NCBI GenBank assembly: GCA_036518395.1
Contig: DATDNH010000094.1
Coordinates: 7,366 to 71,365, forward strand
Direction: 5' to 3'
DNA length: 64,000 bases
Origin: Candidatus Angelobacter sp.
GTDB taxonomy: Bacteria > Acidobacteriota > Terriglobia > Terriglobales > Acidobacteriaceae
Below, piece after piece: positions 1 through 8,751 of the stretch (position 1 is its first letter; each line of letters opens with the position of its first letter). The notes under the pieces were generated by a model. It was not told where the DNA came from and did not search any database. It saw only the letters and a program-made list of their open reading frames with translations. Made by a program: the position numbers and the translations under genes.

Positions 1-1932
1 GTTACGCTTGAAACGCAGGTCAGCAATCCAGCCGCCCGCGACGCTCGCAAGACCGATTACCAGGACTATGCCCGGAGCGATGCCGTAAAGTGATATATCG
101 GTCCAAATCAAAACGCTTGCGCAAGTGAGAAAAGCAAAACTTATGACGAGCAACCAGTAAGCAGGCCTGGTCAGAAACGAGCGTGCGGCGCCGACATTTG
201 GTTGTTGCTGCTGAGAGGGACCTCTTGTTGCTACAAAAATGATGGCGGCAACTATGCCCGCCGGGATTGTCGCCATCCACCCTTGCTCAAACCCGAACAT
301 TTTATAAAGTGGATAGGCGATACTGGGCCCGAGCGCCAATGAAAGATAAAAGATGGAGAGTATGCGACCCCTCTTTTCGGCTGGAAACAAATCGCAGAGA
401 TGAGCCGGTCCAACCGCGCCGGGCACGAGCAGCACGCTGCCAAACAGCACGCTCGCATTGGAAAAGCGTTCTGGAAATTTGCGGTCTGCCAGATATCCAA
501 TTAGCGGAAGCACCAGTAAATACAAGATATAAATCGGGTCAGAAGACTGAAGATGATAGCGAGCGGCGATGGCCCCCCAATTTGAAATGGTGAAGCCGGT
601 CGCAAAATTAATGATAGTAAGCAATGTGAGTGACAGATAAGAGCGAGCTGCTCGCGGAGCGGCGACCACCGTTTGAGGACGAGGTGCAGCGATCTCGGCT
701 GGAGCGGGTTGTGCAATCGCGGGTTCAGGAGCGCTCTCCAGCTTTGCGGCGAAATCCGGCGTCCATGTGCCCTTCCGCGTTTCCGGCAGGGAAGGTGGTG
801 GCACAGGGGCGGGCGCTGGCGCTGCCGCTTGCGAGCCATATGAAGACTGGACAGGCGGAGATGCCGAAGATGCGGGCGGCTGCGACTCTTCCAAGACCGG
901 CGCTGCTTTGGACACGAAACGTTGTGGCGGCGCTGTGACTGGAGGTGGTTCCGCAATGGGCGGCTTTACCTCTTCAACAATTTCCGGCTGCGGTGGTTGA
1001 ACGACACTTGGGAGGGGAACTGGTGCAGGTGGCGGCGGTTCGGTGAGCGGTTTAGGAATTGCCCGGGCACTGGGCGCAAGCACCGTTGCCTGCATGGCGG
1101 CATCGGCAGCGGCCTCCGTGATCAACTCGGCGTGCTGCAATTCATCAAGCTCAGTCGCCATCTCCCGGGCTGAATACCGGTACTTGGGGTCCTTGGCCAA
1201 GCCTCTTGCCAATATCGCTTCTGCCTGCAACGGGCAGGGCTGCACAAACTGGCGCAACGGCGGCGGAGCGTCCATGAGAATTTTCTTGAGAATGGCAGCG
1301 GTATCTGCGCCCTCGAAGGGCAGATGATTCGACAAGAACTCGTAGAGCACGATGGCGCAGGAAAAAACGTCGCTGCGGCCATCGACGCGCGCTCCGTTCA
1401 ACTGCTCCGGAGACATGTAACTGACGGTGCCGACCATCAGTCCCGTTTTGGTCATAGTGTGGTCGGCAATGTGCGCCACGCCGAAATCAAGAATTTTGGG
1501 AGTGAGATCGGGAAGCAGAATGATGTTTGCCGGCTTTACATCGCGGTGCACAACACCTTGCTGGTGTGCGTAATCCAGGCCCCGGCACACGCCAGCCATG
1601 ATCTCGAGCTTTTTAGTGAAAACAATGGGACGGCGATCATGAATATATTTTTCCAGCGATTCTCCCGACAGGAATTCCATCACCAGGTAAGGGCTGCCCT
1701 GATGCTCGCCGGCGTCCACGACACTGACGATGTTCGGATGCTCAAGGCGGCCAACCACTTCAATTTCACGATGGAAACGCGAGACGAGGTCAGGACGGTC
1801 GGCAATCACCGAATTCATGAGCTTGAGCGCGAAAAGATGAGTTCGCCGGACGCGCATGTGACGCGCCTTGTACACCACGCCCATAGCGCCTGCGCCAATC
1901 TGCTCAACGATTTCGTAGTTGCCAATCTGCAT
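1..1932 (-). CDS. Hanks-type Ser/Thr protein kinase fused to an MFS-type transporter domain; C-terminus lies beyond the window start
   Basis: Not in the ORF track because there is no stop inside the window. My translation from ATG 1932 stays open to base 1 (644 codons), and no listed minus ORF here shares this frame. Kinase motifs GAGAMGVVYKA, HRDVKPANI, DFGVAH, SYMSPE. A roughly 150-aa Pro/Ala-rich linker follows. Then come TM helices with MFS motif-A-like GYLADRKFPER and PAEKRGRILSIFYLSLALG. Confidence 0.8.
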   Translation of the reverse strand, partial: MQIGNYEIVEQIGAGAMGVVYKARHMRVRRTHLFALKLMNSVIADRPDLVSRFHREIEVVGRLEHPNIVSVVDAGEHQGSPYLVMEFLSGESLEKYIHDRRPIVFTKKLEIMAGVCRGLDYAHQQGVVHRDVKPANIILLPDLTPKILDFGVAHIADHTMTKTGLMVGTVSYMSPEQLNGARVDGRSDVFSCAIVLYEFLSNHLPFEGADTAAILKKILMDAPPPLRQFVQPCPLQAEAILARGLAKDPKYRYSAREMATELDELQHAELITEAAADAAMQATVLAPSARAIPKPLTEPPPPAPVPLPSVVQPPQPEIVEEVKPPIAEPPPVTAPPQRFVSKAAPVLEESQPPASSASPPVQSSYGSQAAAPAPAPVPPPSLPETRKGTWTPDFAAKLESAPEPAIAQPAPAEIAAPRPQTVVAAPRAARSYLSLTLLTIINFATGFTISNWGAIAARYHLQSSDPIYILYLLVLPLIGYLADRKFPERFSNASVLFGSVLLVPGAVGPAHLCDLFPAEKRGRILSIFYLSLALGPSIAYPLYKMFGFEQGWMATIPAGIVAAIIFVATRGPSQQQQPNVGAARSFLTRPAYWLLVISFAFLTCASVLIWTDISLYGIAPGIVLVIGLASVAGGWIADLRFKRN

Positions 1933-2065
1933 GTGTTTTCGTCCCCACCGCTGACTCCACCCATCACCCGCAAAAGCGGCGGGCGGTGGAGACCCGGTAC
2001 GCAGTGGGCTCAGTAAATTCCGCGCCTTCAGCGCTCGAGTATTAAGGTGCCGCTTCGTCCTGCTC

Positions 2066-3448
2066 TTATTTTTTCGCTACATATTTGTCCAGCTTCAGCA
2101 CCCGGGCCGCTTCGGGCCAGGCCACGCCGCTGCTTTCATCCTGAACAATGCCGATTACGCCTTCCGGAGCGATGATCGGCGAGCCGAATACAGAACTGTC
2201 CACCAACTCTCCCAACACGATGCGGTCGCCGCTTCGCTTCGCCGGAATCACAATGAGTTCGGGATCGGCGGAACTGCTGCGGGCACCGCCTCGAAAACGG
2301 AATAGTGCCACCGATTCCCATTCCGTAGCATCGCTATCGGCCACGCGCAAGGAAGCAAAATTACGGCTGGAGTTCGCCACCTGAAGCAGCGCCAGGTCAG
2401 ATGAGCTGTCGCGTTTCTCCACAGAAATCTTTCGCGTTTTCCCGGAATCTTCGAGAGCCATAATCTTGCGTTCATCGCGATCCGGAGTCTTAAGCACCGC
2501 GAATTGTTTCCTGCTCAAGCGCAATGCTGTATCGGAATTCAACTCGTTCGATTTGAGCACAGAAGCCGAAGCCGGCCATAACCAAAGGTCGTAGCTGGCG
2601 GAATTCAACGAAAGGCGTTTGCTCTTGATGGCATCGGAGACATCGGGATTGAATTTCCAGGGCTCGAGTGCCTCTCTGGGAATCAAAACGAGATCAGGCG
2701 CAGTGGTAATGCCAACTCCAGACCATTGAACCGTAGTGCTCTTCCCCTGCCCGTCCCGCAATTCGTAGCGGGCGTATGCCAGCAGCAGTTGAGGCGTGTA
2801 CTGCTTCATGGTGTCATGGCGAAAACCGGAGGCCCAATTGCGGCCGCTGCTGACAGTAGAGCTGATCGCCTGAAGCGCTTTCTCCGCGCCATGCAAGACG
2901 GCCAGCGAGGCGCTCTTGGCCATCTCGCCGCCGGGGACGGTAAAGGGAAGAACATCCTCGTGCAGGTTGATTGCCACGTCGACATGATTTGACAGAAGCA
3001 GTACGGTGACGATCGGATTCACTCGCACCCTGGCGTAGGCCGTCCCGTCAATGGTTGTGTGACCATTTGCTATGGCCTGCTCGAGCGGGGAGATGGAATC
3101 GAGATCACGCAGGTAAACGGTAACGGGTAACGGATCAGGCAAAAGGGTTTTGTCGCCGGAGTGGATATCAAGCTTCTGTTGAACAGGCGCGGCATAGAGT
3201 GGCAGCCCGTTGATGCGCAACCCGGCGAGCACAATTTGCTCTACCGTGAGATCACGTTTGGCGCTGATGGACAAAGTAAGTCCCAGAACCAGCTTGCTTG
3301 TCGAATAACTCAGCAGTGTGGTCTTTACTACCTGGATTTGGACTTGCCCGGTGAGGTCGGGCTCGGCGTCATTCTGAAGGGGCTTTGCGAGCAGATTGCA
3401 GCAGAGGACAACAGCCAGGAACGCGATTAATTGCGATTTTACTACCAC
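2066..3448 (-). CDS. secreted hypothetical protein with a degenerate trypsin-like C-terminal region
   Basis: 460-aa ORF with a GTG start preceded by AAGGAG. Hydrophobic signal-like N-terminus (LIAFLAVVLCCNLLA). C-terminal DLALLQV and FGSPII resemble the Asp box and GxSGxP box of S1/HtrA proteases, but the catalytic Ser and His positions are not conserved. Confidence 0.65.
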   Translation of the reverse strand: MVVKSQLIAFLAVVLCCNLLAKPLQNDAEPDLTGQVQIQVVKTTLLSYSTSKLVLGLTLSISAKRDLTVEQIVLAGLRINGLPLYAAPVQQKLDIHSGDKTLLPDPLPVTVYLRDLDSISPLEQAIANGHTTIDGTAYARVRVNPIVTVLLLSNHVDVAINLHEDVLPFTVPGGEMAKSASLAVLHGAEKALQAISSTVSSGRNWASGFRHDTMKQYTPQLLLAYARYELRDGQGKSTTVQWSGVGITTAPDLVLIPREALEPWKFNPDVSDAIKSKRLSLNSASYDLWLWPASASVLKSNELNSDTALRLSRKQFAVLKTPDRDERKIMALEDSGKTRKISVEKRDSSSDLALLQVANSSRNFASLRVADSDATEWESVALFRFRGGARSSSADPELIVIPAKRSGDRIVLGELVDSSVFGSPIIAPEGVIGIVQDESSGVAWPEAARVLKLDKYVAKK

Positions 3449-3519
3449 AGATCTCCTTACTTACCCTTTGCCTCGTGGAAGACGCAGCCGAGGGCAGCTG
3501 CAGTCTGCTCCATTTGTTT

Positions 3520-4449
3520 TCATTTTTGATCGGGTTGAGGGATTTGTGGAGCTGCCGCGCTGAGTTCTTTTACCTTGCGATCGACATAGCGATCAAGCAT
3601 TTTGGGCAGCTCCTTGTTCATCCGGTTCATAAATTCGTCTTCGGCGGTTTTCATCTTTTCGTCCACCTGGTCGAGACGCTTATCGAATGAATTCAGCCTC
3701 TGGTCAAGCTGCGGCGTGAATTGCGCGACAGCGCTTTGCGCCTGACGGCGCATGTCATTCAGCTCGGCGCGGTTCTTATCAATCTGCTGGCTTTGGTAGA
3801 AGATTACGCCCAGCAGCACAGCCACCATAGCTACCAGCAGGTATACCAGGTTTCTAACAGAGTTGAGTTTTTGCTGAATCATTGCTTCATCCTCCCGGGC
3901 AGACAGGGCCGCAGTTGGTGGTTCATTGACGACGATGGGCGCAGTGGGCACTCCAGTTGTCGCCGGTTTTGGCTCGCTCTTATGGATTACTGTCTCTTTG
4001 TGGATCGCGGTCTCCGCCGAAGCTTGTTTTTCCTGCTCCGCGCGCGTAGCGATGCGGGTTGGAGCGTTAGCGGCCGCTGCGGCTGCCATTCCGCCCGGCA
4101 CAGTTGCAGCGTCGGGCGCGCTGAGCACCGTAGGAACACTGACGCTGGGCTGCTCAATGATTTGAAACTCGAATTCAGGACCATCCTTGCCCAGGCGGAA
4201 GCGATCGAGTTTGGTGAGCATGGCGTTGCTGACGCCGATTCCGTTTACGAACGTGCCGTTGGTGCTCTGATTGTCCGCCAGTCTCACGCGGTCGTTCTCA
4301 ATGGTCAGGATGGCGTGTTCGCGCGAGACCATGGGGTAGCGATCGGGAGGCAGAGTCACCTCGCAACCGGGATCGCGACCGATGCGGACGCGCGGTGTGG
4401 AGAGACGCCAGCGATTTTCAGTGCCGAGTAAATGCAATTCAACCAGCAT
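3520..4449 (-). CDS. FHA domain membrane protein (FHA - Ala/Pro linker - TM - extracytoplasmic coiled coil)
   Basis: N-terminal FHA signature RIGRDPGCEVTL...VSREHA...STNGTFVNG. One TM segment (LVYLLVAMVAVLLGVIFY). Charged helical C-terminus. Its start overlaps the upstream ABC gene by 11 nt. Confidence 0.85.
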   Translation of the reverse strand: MLVELHLLGTENRWRLSTPRVRIGRDPGCEVTLPPDRYPMVSREHAILTIENDRVRLADNQSTNGTFVNGIGVSNAMLTKLDRFRLGKDGPEFEFQIIEQPSVSVPTVLSAPDAATVPGGMAAAAAANAPTRIATRAEQEKQASAETAIHKETVIHKSEPKPATTGVPTAPIVVNEPPTAALSAREDEAMIQQKLNSVRNLVYLLVAMVAVLLGVIFYQSQQIDKNRAELNDMRRQAQSAVAQFTPQLDQRLNSFDKRLDQVDEKMKTAEDEFMNRMNKELPKMLDRYVDRKVKELSAAAPQIPQPDQK

Positions 4450-7267
4450 GCGAGGCTTTCTCCTTTCGCACCAGGGCTATAGCGATTGCCACACACATTA
4501 CCAGGGCAAAGATGCCCATGACTCCCAGATATTCAGGGAGAGCGGGCGATGAGTTGGGGGGACTTTCGTCGCCCGGTATCATACGCTTTTGCAGCGTCGT
4601 ACGCATAGTCACTGGATCGTCGGGATGGAAGGTGATGGAGACGCTGTTGAGCAGGGCATAGCTGTAAGGTTCACCATCGTGAATGTAGAGATCCGATAAG
4701 GATTCCAGGCCCCAGCGCGCGATCATCAACGGCGATAAACCGTCTCTGAAGGCGGGACTCATGGCGCGCTGCTGCAGTTCGCCAGGAAAGTCGACGATCC
4801 GGGGCGGGTTAGTCGCCGTGCTGACGTAAAAGGGATGGAGCACGGTAACGGGAATCAGCAGCCCGGCGAGCAGGAGCTGCGGGATCATGGTCAAGGGGAA
4901 GGCGTAGAGCGCTTTTTCGGCGCTGGAAGCGATGGCGGAAATCAGCAGTCCGATCAGGCCTCCCTGAAAACCCAGCAGCCATGTGATGCCCCAGGATGCC
5001 AGGAAATGATTTTCCTGTGTATCCATGATGGTCATCACGCCGACGAAGAGACCCGTCTGCAAACCCGTTACGACAGCCAGATATGCAAGTTTGGAGGCGA
5101 GATAGCTCGAGATCTTAAGTTCGCGCTGGCGCTCTCGCTTGTAGATGGCGGTCTCATCCACAATTTCTCGCACGGTTGCGGAACAGCCGAACCACAGCGC
5201 CACCAGAACCATCATGAAGAGAGATTTGGGTTCGTTTGGGCCATGCTTCATGAAACCCATGAGGATGGCGATTAGGGCCGGAGGAACCAGCAGCGCGGCC
5301 ACGTTTCCTTTGTCTTTTATTTTCAAAGTAAATTGCCGCGACAAAAGCGTGAAGAATTGGCGGATGGCAGAATGGCGAACTTTAACTTCTTTGGCCGGAG
5401 CTGCGGACGCTTTTGCCGTGATCTGCTGCGTCTCCTGCCCGATAGGATCGGTAATGTACTGCCTGCAGAGCGAAGAATCGCGATAGGCATTGGCCCAATG
5501 GTCCGGAGGTTGCTCATGCAGACGGTCAAAAACTTCGTGCGGCCGTTGTGCCTTGAAGTAGGGAAGCATCTCCTGACTGGGGCCGAAGAATGCCAGCTTG
5601 CCGCGCACCAGTACGGCCACTTTGTCGAGCAAGCTGAATGAGCCCAGCAGGTGAGTGTTGATCACGACTGTGGCGCCTTTGTTGGCGATTTCGCGGAAAA
5701 GCTCCATCAGCTTGGCTTCTGTGCGTGGGTCCTGGCCAGCCGTAGGTTCGTCGACAAATAAAATGCTGGGCTTGCTCAGCAACTCAATTCCCAGGCTCAC
5801 GCGTTTCCGCTGGCCGCCGCTGAGCTGGTAAATGCAGTTTTCCGCGCGCTCGCTCAGATCCAGGCTGCGCATGACATCGTTCACACGCACGCGGATCTCT
5901 TTGTCACTGTAATCGTCCGGCAGGCGAAGTTTGGCGGAGTAGAAGAGGCATTCGCGGACGGTCAGGCCACGATGCAGAATGTCATCCTGGGGCAGATATC
6001 CAATGAGGCTGCGCAAGACTGCCAGATATTCATACAAATTACGATCGTTGAGCAGCACCTTGCCCTGGCCGGCGGGACGAAAACCATTCAACGCATCCAT
6101 CAACGTGGACTTCCCCGCGCCCGAAGGTCCCAGCAGACCGACAAATTCGCAGGGATCAAGGATGAGTGAAATGTCGTCCAGAAGGCGCAGCGTTCGCCCG
6201 GTCTGAGAATCAGACACCTCGGCCCGCAGTTGTTGAGCAATCAGGCGAATGCGGGTGCCGTCCGCTGCCTGCTCGAACTGCTGCCCGTTAAAAACGAATT
6301 GCATTGCGCCCAGGCTGATGTGATCGCGCGTCTGCAGCACTTTGCGCGTAATGCGGACCCCGTTGACGAAGGTTCCGTTGCTGGAGTCCAAGTCAATCAG
6401 CTCAAATGTGCCGTTGCTCTTGTGGATTTCGGCGTGAAATGCCGAGACGGTCGGATGCTCCAGATGAATGGTGTTGGAAGGATTGCGTCCCAGCTTGATG
6501 ACCGGCTGATTCAGCTCGATTTCACTCAGCTTCAGGGTTCGCGGACGCGAATCGCGGAAGAGCAGAAGATAGCTCTCGCATGCGCCAAGCTGGACCAGAT
6601 CACCCTCTTCCAGCACCTTTGAAGTAATTCGCTCGCCATTGACGAAGGTTCCATTAAGCGATTTAAGATCTCGCAGGGTGGCGCGTCCATCGCTGTCAAG
6701 AGTCACTTCAGCGTGTTTTTCTGACACGGAAGAATGGTCAATGGCAAACACGCCTTCGCCAGGGGTTCTTCCCAAAATCAGGCAATCGTTTTCAAGAGGA
6801 ATGTCCTGCACAGCGTATTTGTCCAGGACAAGCTGAAAGCGGCAAGTTTGTGCCGGCAACTCTTCAGCGGGAGCAACGACGGTTTGTTTGCGCCGCGCAG
6901 CAACTGCCTGCGCCAGCACAGTACCGTGGCTGATTTCCGCTTCTTTTTGCGGCGGGGCCTCGGCTTCAAAAGCAAAAGTGTTGGCCTGATTCAGGCCAAA
7001 GCGGATGTGGTCACCGGGGCGCAGAAGCGCCGTTTGCACGCGGTGTCCGTTTACGTAAGTGCCGTTGGCCGAGCTGTCCTGCAATCGAAACTCGCCCGTG
7101 GATGAGCCTTGAATCGTGGCATGAAAACGGGAAACCTCTGAATCGTCCAACACCACCTGGTTCTGACCGGGAATGCGGCCGATCTTGCAGCTTTCGCCAA
7201 TGGGGTATCGCTTGCCCTTGGCGGCTCCGGTTTCGCCAACCAGCCACGCCTTGTGATCATCAGCCAT
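4439..7267 (-). CDS. ABC exporter (fused NBD + ABC-2 type permease) with three N-terminal FHA domains
   Basis: Three GR...S(R/E/A)xH...(A/L/S)NGT(Y/F)VNG FHA units in the first ~335 aa. Walker A GPSGAGKST, signature LSGGQRKRVSLG, Walker B ILFVDEPTAGQD. About 6 C-terminal TM helices. The architecture resembles mycobacterial Rv1747, which has two FHA domains. Confidence 0.9.
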   Translation of the reverse strand: MADDHKAWLVGETGAAKGKRYPIGESCKIGRIPGQNQVVLDDSEVSRFHATIQGSSTGEFRLQDSSANGTYVNGHRVQTALLRPGDHIRFGLNQANTFAFEAEAPPQKEAEISHGTVLAQAVAARRKQTVVAPAEELPAQTCRFQLVLDKYAVQDIPLENDCLILGRTPGEGVFAIDHSSVSEKHAEVTLDSDGRATLRDLKSLNGTFVNGERITSKVLEEGDLVQLGACESYLLLFRDSRPRTLKLSEIELNQPVIKLGRNPSNTIHLEHPTVSAFHAEIHKSNGTFELIDLDSSNGTFVNGVRITRKVLQTRDHISLGAMQFVFNGQQFEQAADGTRIRLIAQQLRAEVSDSQTGRTLRLLDDISLILDPCEFVGLLGPSGAGKSTLMDALNGFRPAGQGKVLLNDRNLYEYLAVLRSLIGYLPQDDILHRGLTVRECLFYSAKLRLPDDYSDKEIRVRVNDVMRSLDLSERAENCIYQLSGGQRKRVSLGIELLSKPSILFVDEPTAGQDPRTEAKLMELFREIANKGATVVINTHLLGSFSLLDKVAVLVRGKLAFFGPSQEMLPYFKAQRPHEVFDRLHEQPPDHWANAYRDSSLCRQYITDPIGQETQQITAKASAAPAKEVKVRHSAIRQFFTLLSRQFTLKIKDKGNVAALLVPPALIAILMGFMKHGPNEPKSLFMMVLVALWFGCSATVREIVDETAIYKRERQRELKISSYLASKLAYLAVVTGLQTGLFVGVMTIMDTQENHFLASWGITWLLGFQGGLIGLLISAIASSAEKALYAFPLTMIPQLLLAGLLIPVTVLHPFYVSTATNPPRIVDFPGELQQRAMSPAFRDGLSPLMIARWGLESLSDLYIHDGEPYSYALLNSVSITFHPDDPVTMRTTLQKRMIPGDESPPNSSPALPEYLGVMGIFALVMCVAIAIALVRKEKASHAG

Positions 7268-7291
7268 TTTGAGGGTCCGTTCTGTTAGCAG

Positions 7292-8731
7292 CTACGGCTT
7301 TTTTGACGTAGCAATCGCTAACAACAACTCATCTGTTGCTCCGGCTTTGCGCAGACGAACTTCAGTGGAATTATCCAGCGCAAAATCCACGCCTTTCTGT
7401 TTCACGAGTTCGGTCGTGCGCTTCGGCGTAACGCCTCCCTGTAGCAGCTTTTCAACGTCAGCCACGCTGAGCTGAGTGGATACGGCTGGTTTTGGGGAGA
7501 CGAGCTCGCCCTTTCCCATGATGAACAGGAACGGCTGCGGTGTGTAGGCTGCCATCACACCAATAACATCGACCGTCGCTCCCACAGCCGGGGGGTGACT
7601 CATCTGGGTTGGGATAAAAATCCGCACGTCAGGCTGATTCGCATTTCGGCTTTCCTCGGTGATGGCCCCATAAATCATGTCTTTGGTTGCCGAGACTACC
7701 TTTATGGAAAGCTTCATTCTGGAGGCGCCGCCCGCCTGTTTGGCCTGAATGGCTTGCCATACTTTTTCAGCCGCGTCTGTGTTCTGAGGCGACGCATCGC
7801 GATACTTCAGAACCAGTTCCCAGTCGCTGAATGAGAGCGTTGCGGGATCGCTCTGCTCCACGACAGCAACGGCAAGTTGAGCGGGACTCGGTTCAATGCG
7901 CGAATTCTTATTGAAGTCTGCCGGCGGCGTACTCTCGCTCGACGCTTCTTTTACGATTGCGTCCCAGCCATCATCACTGCCGTGATATTTGCGGTACTTC
8001 TCTTTGCCGTAAGTCTCCATGCCTTGGCTGGCCTGAGGGTTGCCTTGGGTCTGCGCGAGGTTCATGGCCTTGGCAATGTACCAGAAGCCAATTGGATCAA
8101 CTGGATCGGTTTCCAGATCGGCGACGGCGAGTTGATAGGTGTTAACCATGTCGCCGGGATTGATTTGAAGCGCCTTCTGATAATCGTCGCGAGCCGTGGC
8201 ATAGTCTTTCTTTTGAAGTGCACAAGAACCAAGAGCACCGTAAAAAATCTGCGCCGTCTGCGCGCGCAGTTTGTGAAATTCTGGTTCAGAAATACCCTCA
8301 GGCCCTTCCCAAGAGCCCAGAGCCTGGAGCCCCTTTTGCGCGTTGGTGCAAGTCTCGGGTTGAAATTCGTTTCCTGAACGCTGAATGTAAGTCACAACTG
8401 CGAGGGCGCGGACGTTGTAGGGGTGCAGCGCCAGAATGTGTTTCGCAATGTCCTCAACTTTGGCAGTGTTGCCATTTTGCTGGTATGCGGCCATCGCATG
8501 TTCCAGGGCATCAATCTTGACGACGCTGTCCGGATAGTTGCGGACGAAGGCCTCCAGGGCCGCACCCTTCTGCGCCGCATCCCTCATGTTCACGGCAGTC
8601 ATGTAGGCGTTGTATTCCACTGGATCCTTGATGACCTTTCGATTGCCGGCGCCTCTCTGGGCTAGAGGCAATGCAAGCGCAGTGGCCGCAATTGCCAGCA
8701 CCAGTGCCGATAAAGTGAGCCTGCGAAACAC
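7292..8731 (-). CDS. secreted TPR-repeat protein
   Basis: Signal peptide MFRRLTLSALVLAIAATALALPLAQ. Several TPR-like A/Y/L repeat units in the first ~230 aa. The C-terminal half has no recognisable family. Confidence 0.7.
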   Translation of the reverse strand: MFRRLTLSALVLAIAATALALPLAQRGAGNRKVIKDPVEYNAYMTAVNMRDAAQKGAALEAFVRNYPDSVVKIDALEHAMAAYQQNGNTAKVEDIAKHILALHPYNVRALAVVTYIQRSGNEFQPETCTNAQKGLQALGSWEGPEGISEPEFHKLRAQTAQIFYGALGSCALQKKDYATARDDYQKALQINPGDMVNTYQLAVADLETDPVDPIGFWYIAKAMNLAQTQGNPQASQGMETYGKEKYRKYHGSDDGWDAIVKEASSESTPPADFNKNSRIEPSPAQLAVAVVEQSDPATLSFSDWELVLKYRDASPQNTDAAEKVWQAIQAKQAGGASRMKLSIKVVSATKDMIYGAITEESRNANQPDVRIFIPTQMSHPPAVGATVDVIGVMAAYTPQPFLFIMGKGELVSPKPAVSTQLSVADVEKLLQGGVTPKRTTELVKQKGVDFALDNSTEVRLRKAGATDELLLAIATSKKP

Positions 8732-8751
8732 TTTCGTCTTCCTGCCCTCTC

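Noticed and set aside
267-2016. Plus-strand ORFs in the track (267..593, 630..938, 1043..1327, 1324..2016 and others).
   Set aside because: They are antisense shadows of the long minus-strand kinase-MFS frame. Their translations are low-complexity or Arg/Ala-rich with no motifs, whereas the opposite strand gives textbook kinase and MFS motifs.
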